Source: Oikopleura dioica
Taxonomy: Eukaryota; Animalia; Chordata
DNA: 64,000 nt
NCBI GenBank assembly: GCA_907165135.1
Contig: OU015568.1
Coordinates: forward strand, 12,834,001-12,898,000
Direction: 5' to 3'
Below are positions 31,656 to 42,703 of this stretch, one piece after another. Numbering within the stretch: position 1 is the first letter of the stretch; the number at the start of each line of letters is the position of its first letter. Under the pieces are notes generated by a model. It saw only the letters and a list, made by a program, of their open reading frames with translations, searched no databases and was not told where the DNA came from. Position numbers and translations under genes: made by a program.

Positions 31656-33272
31656 ATGATAAAAGCCCTTTTCCTGTGCGCAGTAGCAGCTGCCTCCATC
31701 GTCGTTCGAGATGGTGCCATCACCCTTGATGAAATCGGCGATGTCTACCTCACCCGCCAATCCCGAGTCATCGATTTTCAAGTTCTTCGTCCAGCTCCTA
31801 CCAGTCCTTTCATCAATCTACCCTTCCACGAATGCAGCTACGACGAGTGCCGCCGTCAAGCCAAGATCAACGGATTCTCCAAGCGCGACTGCTCCGACGG
31901 ACGTCAGGATTTCTTGAAAGATGTCTTCTTGACAGAGATCCAAGATGAATTCCAATACCTTCTTGCCGACCTTCTCGAGGAAGCAAACGAGATTCGCCAT
32001 CGACGCGATATTATTGCTGGCGCTTCTCTTGTTGCATCCATTGCGAATTTTGGCCTGAAAATTGTCAACAACCACAAAATCCGAAACTTGAAGCGAATTT
32101 CTCTCCACCATCAGTCAATGATCAAGCAGTTGTCACGTGAAATTACAAATACCAAAGATGTCCTGCAACTGGCCATAAACCAGACGTATTCTGTGTTGGA
32201 AGATGTTTCTCGTCAAATCTGCTCCCTTGGAAACGACCTCGCGATTACAAGAGCGAAAGACCTGGCTTTTGAACAAAATCGACGGTACTTAGAAGAAATA
32301 GAAACAGAGGTCGCGACACTGCAATATGGCCGTCTTCCAGCGCGAGCAGAATATCGAAATATTTTCAACGGTGCATGTCTTGCTTCTTGTCAGGAAATGA
32401 CTGCTGATGCATGTGGAAGATACTGTCAGCGAGTTCTGCACGATACACCGGCGTCAATGTGCCCTGAATTCTACGGCGCCAACATCACCGACGACGGAGT
32501 TGTGGTCAATTTCCGACTATCGCTGCCAATTATTCTTCTTGATCCAACTCCAAACTTCAAAGTTTCGTCATTTGGGATCATTGTGGAAGCTTCAGAAGAG
32601 TTGTTAGTTCAGCAAGCTATCGTTGAACCTTACGCTACTCGTCTTGGCTCTACTTATCACGAAATCGATAGATTCCAGTGCTTGTCCACAAGAAGACATA
32701 TGATTTGCCAGCAGAGCGCACTTCTTCCATACCAGTGTTTGAACGATGTTTCGGCTTGCAAAGTTGAACAGAAGGTCACCAAAGACACATGCACTTTCCA
32801 ATATACATCTGCTGGACTCATCGTTTATGCCTTTGGTGAAGCCAATCATCGCTACAGAACAACAGAGCATGATCTGACACGGCAAAGGAAAATTTTCTCC
32901 GGATTTAAATATTTCAACGCTTCACCGAATGACCAAGAAGTGGTCTGCCAGCCAAATCAAATAATTCCATTAAAGCGCCAGAATCTGCACGTCAAAGAAG
33001 AGATCACTTTCAAAACCAGTAGAACTCAAGTGTTCAGCCTTCAGTCTATCTCAGCTTTGAACAATACACGACTTCAACTCTCCTTCACTGACATCGTCGC
33101 AGATGCGGTCGAACTTGCCGAAGAACTGGATCAGACACAATTCTGGGGCACAATTGTTGCAGCGTCAGTACTCGGAACTGCTCTCATCGTTTCCATCATC
33201 CTTTGCGTCTTTCTCCTTCTTACCAAGAAGAATTTGCTAGGTGATATTAATGGCTTAAAACCTATATTATGA
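31656..33272 (+). CDS. env: Env, class I fusion glycoprotein-like (paramyxovirus F-like)
   Basis: Signal peptide, RHRR furin site, hydrophobic fusion peptide DIIAGASLVASIANFGL, heptad repeat, Cys cluster, C-terminal TM; tttcag acceptor 4 nt before the ATG. Confidence 0.85.
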   Translation: MIKALFLCAVAAASIVVRDGAITLDEIGDVYLTRQSRVIDFQVLRPAPTSPFINLPFHECSYDECRRQAKINGFSKRDCSDGRQDFLKDVFLTEIQDEFQYLLADLLEEANEIRHRRDIIAGASLVASIANFGLKIVNNHKIRNLKRISLHHQSMIKQLSREITNTKDVLQLAINQTYSVLEDVSRQICSLGNDLAITRAKDLAFEQNRRYLEEIETEVATLQYGRLPARAEYRNIFNGACLASCQEMTADACGRYCQRVLHDTPASMCPEFYGANITDDGVVVNFRLSLPIILLDPTPNFKVSSFGIIVEASEELLVQQAIVEPYATRLGSTYHEIDRFQCLSTRRHMICQQSALLPYQCLNDVSACKVEQKVTKDTCTFQYTSAGLIVYAFGEANHRYRTTEHDLTRQRKIFSGFKYFNASPNDQEVVCQPNQIIPLKRQNLHVKEEITFKTSRTQVFSLQSISALNNTRLQLSFTDIVADAVELAEELDQTQFWGTIVAASVLGTALIVSIILCVFLLLTKKNLLGDINGLKPIL

Positions 33273-34254
33273 TATGTTGCGACCCTGTTCCCTCAAATAA
33301 GTTCAGTGTCAGTTAAAGAAATGCTCCGTCAAATAATTTTTCTTAAACTTGCTTAGCGTCATTCACCCTACAAAATTTTTGCGCCAAAAATATACTAGTC
33401 GTTAGCCTAAAAGGGTGAAGTAATGTTCATTTAAGCTCTTGATAACTCAAAGTAGAGTTGTTTTTGTTTCGCACTTGAGCTTTATTAATTTTGATATTTA
33501 CTGGTTCTGCCATGAAAATGATACTTCGGAATGACACTTCTATAAGTATTGACTACTAGTTACTTTTGGATCAAACGCAAATCTTTTACCTTCGCAACTT
33601 ATCTGGTTATTAATATCAAAGTTAACTCAATAAAAATAGGCTTTTGTTGTAAAATTCTAGCGTGTATATTGTAAGTTCTAAAAAACACAATTTCAAACAG
33701 GTTAACTTCTACTCTATTGCAATTTCTTTCTTCACTCAGTGGGGGGAGGGCAGACTTCCTTGTCGATAAGTCCAGCTTCCCAGATGTCTTTATACCAGCT
33801 GCATTCCGGGTCGATCAGCTCGATGTCCTTGACTTGCCTTCTTTTTCGTTTTTCTTCCTAAAACAAAGATTAAATGAAAAGATTCAGTAGGCTCATAAGA
33901 AACTGAGCTAGTTCTGACAAAACCCATTCTTTACTCTTCTATACAAAATCCAAAAGATCCGTTAGATCCGTAAAAAACCGGATTAGTTTCGGCAACTTCC
34001 ATTTTATCGCCGCCCCACCCTTATTACGCGCACTTATCGACCGCCGCCGCGCTGCTGACACACCGCGCTACTTCAACCGCTTCAACGACCCTGTCGCCAC
34101 GCTGCCTCGCCGCGCTTACTTCATCCACCACAGTACAGTAGCCGCCTCGCTGTAAATTCACCGCCGCGCCGCTCCCATTTCGCATCAGTGCACGCGCTTC
34201 GACTTAACCCCTCACCGCGCTGCGCTCGCCCGCTCTTAACCCATCGCCGCGCTG
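33232..34254. other. foreign ~1-kb insert between the duplicated blocks
   Basis: No match to the rest of the element; AT-rich part, an antisense exon at 33732-33857 and a GC-rich ccgccgcgc repeat at about 34000-34254. The left boundary is approximate. Confidence 0.6.
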
Positions 34255-37200
34255 CCGCCATTTCAAAAAAGTCTGTCCAAATCAGGATTGACTAGAAGAC
34301 CTATGCACGATCCCTAATTCAACAACTACTCCAAGTTTCGCCCTGTCAACAACTCTTTTCGACTCTCTCTATCTCCCGAAAATAATCATCAATGTACAGA
34401 AGACCCCGATTCTAGCGCTCGTTGATTCGGGTGCGAACCTGAATGTGCTGAGTCTCGCCACCCTTAAGTCATCTTTCCCGACGCTCGAAACTTCTTCTGC
34501 TGCGATCCAGATCCGCGTTGCGAATTCCGAAACAATGACTGCAAACCAGACTGTAACAGCTGATGTTGAAATTGGAACTCTTCAGAAACGTCTCACTTTC
34601 GTCATTAGTGACAGTGTCAACTTCAGCATCATCCTCGGCGGTCACAACTTCGATAAACTAACCATCAACAAAACCGACGGGCATGCAACACTGGATGGCC
34701 ACCAAGTCAATCTCGTCGCTGAATCACAAGCGGTTGTCGCGACAACTTCGGAAATCCATACTCTATCGCCGTTTTCGACGTCTCGACTGAAAGTGCAACT
34801 TCCGGTCACTACTGTATCTAACGACATCCTGCTGATCTCACACCGAAAAAGGGGTTTTCTCCACGAAAATGAGTGTCGAGTTCTAGAAGCAGTGTACGAC
34901 TCAGAAAGTGAATTGAACCTTTTGGTTGAAAATCCAACTGCGGTGCCGGTTACTGTACCAGCTGGAATTCCATGTGCGAATGGTCAAAATTTGGCATCGA
35001 ATGGACTTGAAATCAATTCGTTGATTGAAACTTCTGATGAACAACTGCACAACGATTTCCTGAAGCATCAAGCTGAACGGCGAGCCAAGTTCAAGCCGCA
35101 CGAATCGGAGCACTACAAGAAGATTCCAATCGGTCCGGATCTGACGAAGCCACAGCGAGAGCAAATTCTAGCGACACTCGCTGAAGAACGTGAAGCCTTT
35201 GAAGTGTCGGCGCTAGATCTGGGAATGGTTGATAAGTTTGTCTGCCGAATCAAGCTGAAAAATGAAGCCGAGCGGATCTACGAAAAACCCAGACCATGCA
35301 GAAGCTCTCTACGTGAGCCAGGGAAACAAGTTCTTAAGTCTTGGCTGGATATGGGCGTGATCGAACCACGAGGGTCACGTCATTCGATTCCCATGTTTTT
35401 TGTGAAGAAAGCCTGCGGAGCAGCGCGGCCAGTGATCGATGCGAGACTACTCAATTTGCATACAGAAGATTATCACTGGCCCGTTCCCTCGCTGCGAGAC
35501 ATTCTGTCTGACGTTAGCCGCAAAATTGCTTCATCCAAGAAAATCTACATGAGCCTTACGGATGTCAAGTCCGCGTTCAACCAGTTGCGGCTCGCAAAAG
35601 AAGATCAAGATAAGGTCGCATTTGCGTTTGAAAATGTGCAGTATACCAGCACCCGACTGATGTTTGGATTGAAGCAAAGTCCGGCAATTTTTTCGGAGCT
35701 GATGTGGAGAATAACAAGAGACATCCCAAATGTCTATGTTCTGATGGACGATTGTCTCTTGCTAGCAGACTCATTTGAAGCGCATTTAAGCCAATTGAAG
35801 AAATTTCTCAGAAGAATGATTGATTTCGGAGTGACGCTCAAAGTCTCAAAACGGCTATTTGTGCCGAGGAGTTTTCGTATTTAGGATTCAAATGCACGAG
35901 AAAAGGAATGGAACCGCTGCGCAGTAAAGTTGATGCAATTCTGAACTTCCCGGTGCCGCGAACAAAAAGAGAAGTGCGCCGATGGGTTGGCATGCAGAAT
36001 TATTATTCGACTTTTGTGCCCGAAGGAATGCTCACTTTGGAACCGCTGCATCGCCTCTGCTCAGCAAACGAACCTTTTGCATGGACAACTACGCATCAGA
36101 AGGCTTTTGATGAATTTAAGTCCAAATTAGCGAAATTTGTCAGCCAGGAACACCGAGATCCGAAATTGCCGTTGGTCGTCGCTTCAGATGCATCTCACGT
36201 TGGTCTTGCTGGAACACTGTATCAACGGAGAAACGATGGCACGCTCGCTCCATTGGGATTTTGCAGCAGAAAACTCGCACCTGGAGAACAAAAATTGGCA
36301 AGTCGATATTTGGAACTCGCCGCACTTGTGTACACTTGCGAGTATTTCGAATACGAGCTCTACAACACAAGTTTCTACGCAATAACCGACCATCTCAGCA
36401 TTTCCCGAATTCTTGAACAGAAGAAAATGAAGGACGCGATGCCCATAAGGGTAATCAACTTGATTTGCAGACTACAGCGATTCAATATTCTGAGCATCGA
36501 ACATCGTCGAAATACAGATCCAGTTATAATCACGGTCGATTGTCTCTCAAGAGCAATTCAAATCAGCGAAGATACAGATATTGACGAAGATGAAGATATT
36601 GTTGATCGAGGTGTTTCGAACTCTCTGCAGCTGCTGGTGATGACTCGAGCTCAATCAAAGGCTCAGAAAGCTACAGTTGAACCATCCTGTCCATCTTCTT
36701 CCGATCAGAACTCGTCAAAGAAAAGCTCCGCGGAAAGCAAATCGCAGAAATCTACTCAAATCTCAAATCAACAACAAACTCAAAACTCAACTCAGAGCAC
36801 AGACAAGTGCTTATCTTCCGATTCTGAATCTGCCGATCCCTTCTTGCTAATCGATGAGGTCCCGTATTCCAAGCAGGCGATCGCCGAACTCCAGCTAGAA
36901 GATTCTGATATCAAAGAAGATATAAAAAACAAATTACTGAAGCGACAAAGTGACATGCTTTATCGTGACTCTGAAAATCGGCTGGCCATTCCTGCTTCTC
37001 TCGCCTATGAATTGGTCTCGTTTTGTCACGTTAAATTAGTCCACCCCGGAATCTCCAAGCTTCAAACCTCTCTTTCACGGAAATTCCGAATCAAACAACT
37101 TCGAAGAATTTGCACTCAAATCTGCAATTCATGTTTATCATGTGTTACAACGAAGCCTCGATTCAGTTACAAGCATCCAGTACCGCCGAAACCAATGAAA

Positions 37201-38585
37201 AAAGGGTTTCCCTTTGAAAAAGCCTTTTTGGATCTAGTAGATTTCGGTCGTTTGGACAACTATCATTTCCGTTATCTGGTTGTTTTAATGGATGATCTGT
37301 CGAATTACGTTGTCGCTCGGCCAATTCAGAACAAGAGCGCAGAAGAAGTCGGACAAGCGCTGCTGGAACTGCTCTTAGCGAACAACGTGTCCAATTGCAC
37401 AGTTGTTGCGGACAATGGCCTTGAGCTATCAAATAAACGAATGAATACTCTAATGGAATTCTTCAATATCAACTACACACATATTTCTCCCTATCACGCC
37501 GCTTCAAACAAAATCGAGAGGCGATTTCGCTGTCTTGGAATCAAAGCGAAGTTGATGGACGTTCAACCAGATATTTGGTCCCGCCAAATCTGTTTTGTCT
37601 TATATGCAATCAACAATCAGCCGAATAAGAATCTTGGAAACTTGACTGCAGCTGAAGTTCTCTGGGGCCGACCGATGACACTTCCCGCTTTTGCAGTCAA
37701 ATCTACGCCTTCTGAACCTGCTCTTGTTGATCCAGATCGATGGATGGACTATTTAAACGGCTGGTTAATGTACTGCTCACAATCACTCACAAGCCTCAAC
37801 AAAAATTACGCCGTCAAAATCAAAGGAAAGCCGCTCAAACTTGCTGTGGGAGGGACAGTTGCTTACTGGTCACCGATGCGCTTCGGCCAATCGAAGAAAC
37901 TCCACAAAGGATTCAAAGGAACAGCTACAGTCATCAAGGTGCACGGAAATGGAGCTTACACTATCAAAGATCTGAAAGAAGGGAAGATCCTGAAAAGGAA
38001 CATCAAATTTCTTCGTCCTATTAATTCTTTTGCGTAAAAATTATTTTATCATGCAGTAGTTCTATTATTCAAATACAGTAGCCTGGTGTTTTTTATAAAT
38101 TTATTCGAGTCCGGAAACTTTCGAATTTCGTTATCTAAAAATTCATTCTTTCAGATCAATGATAAAAGCCCTTTTCCTGTGCGCAGTAGCAGCTGCCTCC
38201 ATCGTCGTTCGAGATGGTGCCATCACCCTTGATGAAATCGGCGATGTCTACCTCACCCGCCAATCCCGAGTCATCGATTTTCAAGTTCTTCGTCCAGCTC
38301 CTACCAGTCCTTTCATCAATCTACCCTTCCACGAATGCAGCTACGACGAGTGCCGCCGTCAAGCCAAGATCAACGGATTCTCCAAGCGCGACTGCTCCGA
38401 CGGACGTCAGGATTTCTTGAAAGATGTCTTCTTGACAGAGATCCAAGATGAATTCCAATACCTTCTTGCCGACCTTCTCGAGGAAGCAAACGAGATTCGC
38501 CATCGACGCGATATTATTGCTGGCGCTTCTCTTGTTGCATCCATTGCGAATTTTGGCCTGAAAATTGTCAACAACCACAAATCCG
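34255..38585 (+). repeat. near-identical duplicate of 27752-32083 (gag end, pol, 5' env)
   Basis: Offset 6503/6504; translations in the ORF track are identical except at single-base A-run indels. Confidence 0.95.
34292..38037 (+). pseudogene. pol: Pol copy 2, frameshifted in RT
   Basis: ctcaaaacgg (A4) at about 35848 versus ctcaaaaacgg (A5) in copy 1 splits it into ORFs 34445-35884 and 35908-38037. Confidence 0.85.
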
Positions 38586-38745
38586 TGAAGACGACATGAA
38601 TGACGTAACAACCTACGAGTCAATCCGTACTTGGCCGTTTCTTCGAGTCCGACTTGCTCAAGAATCTCGAGCTGCCGCGGTGAAAAATATATCATTTCAA
38701 CTTGTATTACTCTGTGATTTCTCTATTTCTCACTTTTTCAAATAA
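38159..38745 (+). pseudogene. env: Env copy 2, internally deleted
   Basis: Identical to env up to NNHK, then joins unrelated-looking coding sequence IREDDMNDVTTYESIRTW...* at 38581-38745. Confidence 0.75.
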
Positions 38746-38833
38746 TCAAAACTTTTCGTTTTCTTAGTTTCAACCCTGATTTATGATCCATATCTAAGTT
38801 TTCCCAGTCTGAAAATATCTCCATTTTCAGCTT

Positions 38834-38848
38834 GAAGCCGGGGAGGGA
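38834..38848 (+). promoter_or_regulatory. polypurine tract
   Basis: Purine-rich gaagccgggaggga-type run immediately 5' of the 3' LTR. Confidence 0.7.
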
Positions 38849-39141
38849 TGATGTGTTCCTCACCGTCCACATGATCAATCACACCCGTGCGCCCTTTTCG
38901 CGCGCCCTTGCCACTTCATCTCCATTTTTACTATTTTTACTCCCTTAATTGCGTTTCTCACTTCCTTTCGCACGGTACCAGTGCCCACTTGGACTTGGCG
39001 CCCTGCCTTGATTCATTACCAAAGTTGTCTCCCGCACTATAGTACCAACGACATATAATCTGCCTCTTTCCCGAATAAAGCAACCATTTGACCAAACTAA
39101 GTCTCGTTCATTGACGGAGCAGACCGGTTTAGGATACATCA
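38849..39141 (+). repeat. 3' LTR (293 bp)
   Basis: Copy of 25879-26171 at offset 12970. Confidence 0.95.
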
Positions 39142-39335
39142 TTATTATTCAAAAACCATTCTTTCATTCAATGAGGTCTAAAAAATATTGTAGTTTTGGT
39201 TTGGTATAGCCCCGAGGGCGGGTACGAACCGCCGGATCTTGAGCGCGTTGGTCAACTGAGACCGTTTGAAAATGTTAAAAGATTAATATTTATTCTTATA
39301 TTGGCAGCAAGAGAGAAAGCAGCAAGAAAACCGAC

Positions 39336-41052
39336 ATGCCCACAGTGATAACGCCATTGTCAGTTTGCTACTTTTTGAGCTTGTTGTTCGCCTACTATCT
39401 TGGCAAGAGTAAGTCTACGAGAACTGTCTGTTTAATAAGGCACAATTAACGATGGATCATAATATGTTATCACCTCGAATTTTGTTAATCAGTAAAACAT
39501 CGCAAATAGCAGGAGAATTTGCTTGCTTGTTTATGCATAGATATTTAACTTCGCATATTCGCGCGCTGACCTTCTTCAAGATTTTCCGGATCCATACTGC
39601 TTCAAAGCATCTATTGACAACAGACCGATTCGGCTGAAAAAGATAGAAGAGCTGACCGATGCTGAGATCAAAAAAGTTAGAGCCCAGCAGGCACCTTGTC
39701 ATTATGGAAACTGTACAGCCAGGGAATACAAGAGCATCGAATGGCCAGATGTCGACGATCAACATCCGATCATCTGGGTGGGAGGAATGCCTCGATCTGG
39801 GACGACTTTGATGCGTGCCATTCTAGGTAGAAATATTTTTCGCGACTTTTATTATCAGCTTTCTTGCAGATGTTCATCCCGATGTTCGCTGTGGCGAAGA
39901 AACTAGAGTCATTCCGAGAGTGATGATGGTCCGGAAAATGTTAAAAAGTTCTACTCATATGAAAGGTAAATTTTGAAAAACGTCGAAAAATTATTTTTAT
40001 TTCTCGATAGAATCTGCATTTTCGGAAAACGCACTTTCTACAGAAGGAGAAGCAGCAATGAACGAAGGGGTAAAGCGATTCATTCTTGAAGGTAAAGTCC
40101 TAGCATGAATTAAATAGTACTCATGTATTCCTAGTTATCGAAAAACATGGCCCTATATCAAGACGACTCTGCAACAAAGACCCATTTGCCTTGAAATTTA
40201 TGTCAGAGCTGACAGACTGGTACCCGAATAGTAAATTCATCTATATGCTGCGGGATGCTCGATCAGTAGCACATTCCATTATCACCCGAAAGGTTACAAT
40301 CACCGGCTACGACCTCACGAACTACACAGATGTCATTCACAGATGGGACATGGCACATCAGCAGATGTGGCAACAATGTCAAGATCTCGGACCAAAGTTC
40401 TGCATGCCAGTTCATTACGAACACTTGATTCTGGAGAAGGAACAGGTTCTCAAGAAAATTGGTAAGAAACACTTCAAATTCTCAAGAAAGAAATTGAATA
40501 ATTTAGTCGAGTTCCTTGGACTCAAATGGTACGACGGGTTGATTCACCACGAAGAGCATATTGGCTCAGACATAAGCCTGTCGGCCTTAGAAAGAAGCAC
40601 AGACCAAGTTGTCAAAGCGACGTATACAACTGGTACGTTGTTAATTATTTACAGTTTCCTTGCTCACTTTGTTCGCGCTGATAAATTATTTCTCGGCGCT
40701 GTTTTGTCATTTTCATCGAGAATCTTCTAGTGCTTATAATCTTTCAGCACTGAGCAGTTGGGAAGGCGTCATCCCAGAAAAGGACCTTGAAAATGTGGAA
40801 AAAGTGGCGCCGCTGATGAAAGTGTTTGGCTACAAACCCGAGGTTCATGTTGGAAGCTACGACCACTTTATAAGCAAAACGTCTGAAATGCGCCACATAG
40901 ATATTCTCGCGAATGAGATCCGGAACTCATACAAACCGGTTAAGCCCAAAAAGTCACTACCGTCAAGACCTGTCATGAAACCGACAATAGCGCAATTCGT
41001 AGCAAATAGTCAAAAGAAATCTAAACATAAAATCACCCACACAGAGCTGTAG
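39336..41052 (+). CDS. TPST: tyrosylprotein sulfotransferase
   Basis: Type II TM; IWVGGMPRSGTTLMRAIL, HPDVRCGEETRVIPR, LCNKDPF, KFIYMLRDARS, VHYEHL, ERSTDQV. Confidence 0.95.
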
Positions 41053-41399
41053 TTACGGGTTTCATAAAGGTGCTGAACTGTCACGTGTGTAGGTGAAAAT
41101 TTTGAAACCCAAAATTAGTTTATCATTTGGAGACGTTTGATCAGTTCGAAACAGTCGAAATCCTTCAAGAAAACCTTCCCATTTAGAGTTTGAATTATCG
41201 CAGACCTGCCATCTTCACAGAAATAAATTACCAATACGTAATGAGTTGATTTGAGTACTTTGCAGAAAACTTTGCAGTTAGAATTGCTACTTTTCAAACT
41301 ATTTTGCTTTCACTTGATTTTATTATCAACTTCGTAACGAATAGCATGCAGTCGATTCAGTAAGGAGACTTCATCGATGAAAAGAGCTTTTTCTAGCTT

Positions 41400-41635
41400 T
41401 CAAAATTGCTGGTACCGGAAAGATCGTCGGAAGAGTGGGTGGATCGACTGAGAAGTTGGGCCGTAGTTGTTGTTAACTTCCATCCCTTGAAGTCGGTCCT
41501 GGAGGCTTCTCAAGAAGTCCTGAAGATTTTAAAGGAAAAAATTTGACTTTCTCTGCAGAAGATAATTACCTGCTCGCTTTGAGCACCAGCAGAAGCAAAG
41601 TTCAAGAGTCCGAGAAAAAATGTTACAATCATCAT
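41400..41635 (-). CDS. small secreted prepropeptide candidate (61 aa)
   Basis: MMIVTFFLGLLNFASAGAQSEQ|DFLRSLQDRLQGMEVNNNYGPTSQSIHPLFRRSFRYQQF* with a canonical phase-0 GT-AG intron. Confidence 0.6.
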
Positions 41636-42703
41636 GTTTCGTCCTTTTGGAATAGTATCTATCTGACTCCGATCCTCCGTCAAGCACGCATTTATAAATG
41701 TCACACAAATCGATTCACGCGTATAGATAAAAGGCTTTCCGTTTATTTATTTCGAGCTGGTGATGGTTTATAGTCAAACTGTTCGCTTTATCCAGGATGA
41801 TCGAGGTCCGTGCTGCCACTCATATTGAGCGTGAATACTGAACAACGGTCATTAGAAACTCTGAGCTTCGACTTCCGCACCCGAGCAGCTGAGTTCTTTC
41901 GCGTCCATTACTGTCATTGGTGTCGAATATTCTGAAGATTATGCACCATTTGATGCAATGAAAATTATTAACGCGCTTAAAGATTCGAATCGCGATTGCG
42001 TCTGAAAATTGGAAGGTAAATCCAGGATATGGGACTCAATACATTGACAGGTTACCCACTAGCTCATTGATGAGCTCTCAGATTTTCGCTATCAATTATA
42101 GATTTCGTCAATTCTAAGACGTATTTAAAATGATGATGAACGGTGCCATTTTATTCTGCTAAGACCCCGTCGCACGAAGAAAATGTTAAGAGTTATTTTC
42201 CTCGTCTTCTGTGGCTCTATGTAAGAAAAAAATACACAGCTGAAAATCAGAAATAATTTGTTTAGAAGTGCTCATTTGAGCTTTTCCGATTGTATGCAGA
42301 GCTATGGATCGCAATTAGGAAAAGTTTCTCATTTTAAAATTGTGAATTTTGCTGAAAATCAGTCACTGTATAAATTGTAAACAACTTTCAAAGAAAATGC
42401 CTTAATAATCCTTAAAAATGACGAAACTTTGCCAGATTCTTTTCAAGCACTTACGTAAGAAGCGAAAATATAAGCTAAAACTATACCAACATGATTTCAG
42501 TTTCATGGACATGATCGCCACTTGTCGCAAGAAAGTTATTCAAGCTCATATGCCAGGCGCCGGACACGACTACGATCTGAAATGGAATTCTGAATAAATA
42601 TTGAAACTCATTCGGAACTTTGATGAGTCATAAAATAAGTAAATTTACATTTTTGTCTTTCTTTCTTGCAGTGCATTTTTGGTTCTCAATTCCGACTTCT
42701 CCG

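Larger units (their letters stand above)
25879..39141 (+). mobile_element. Ty3/gypsy LTR retroelement with env (Tor-like), internally rearranged
   Basis: Paired TG...CA LTRs, TTAT TSD (25875-25878 and 39142-39145), PBS-like site, gag-PR-RT-RH-IN-env order, PPT. Confidence 0.95.

Noticed and set aside
28138-32885. Many overlapping short ORFs within pol and env (also in the duplicate)
   Set aside because: Shadow or alternate-frame ORFs of long coding regions; no motifs.
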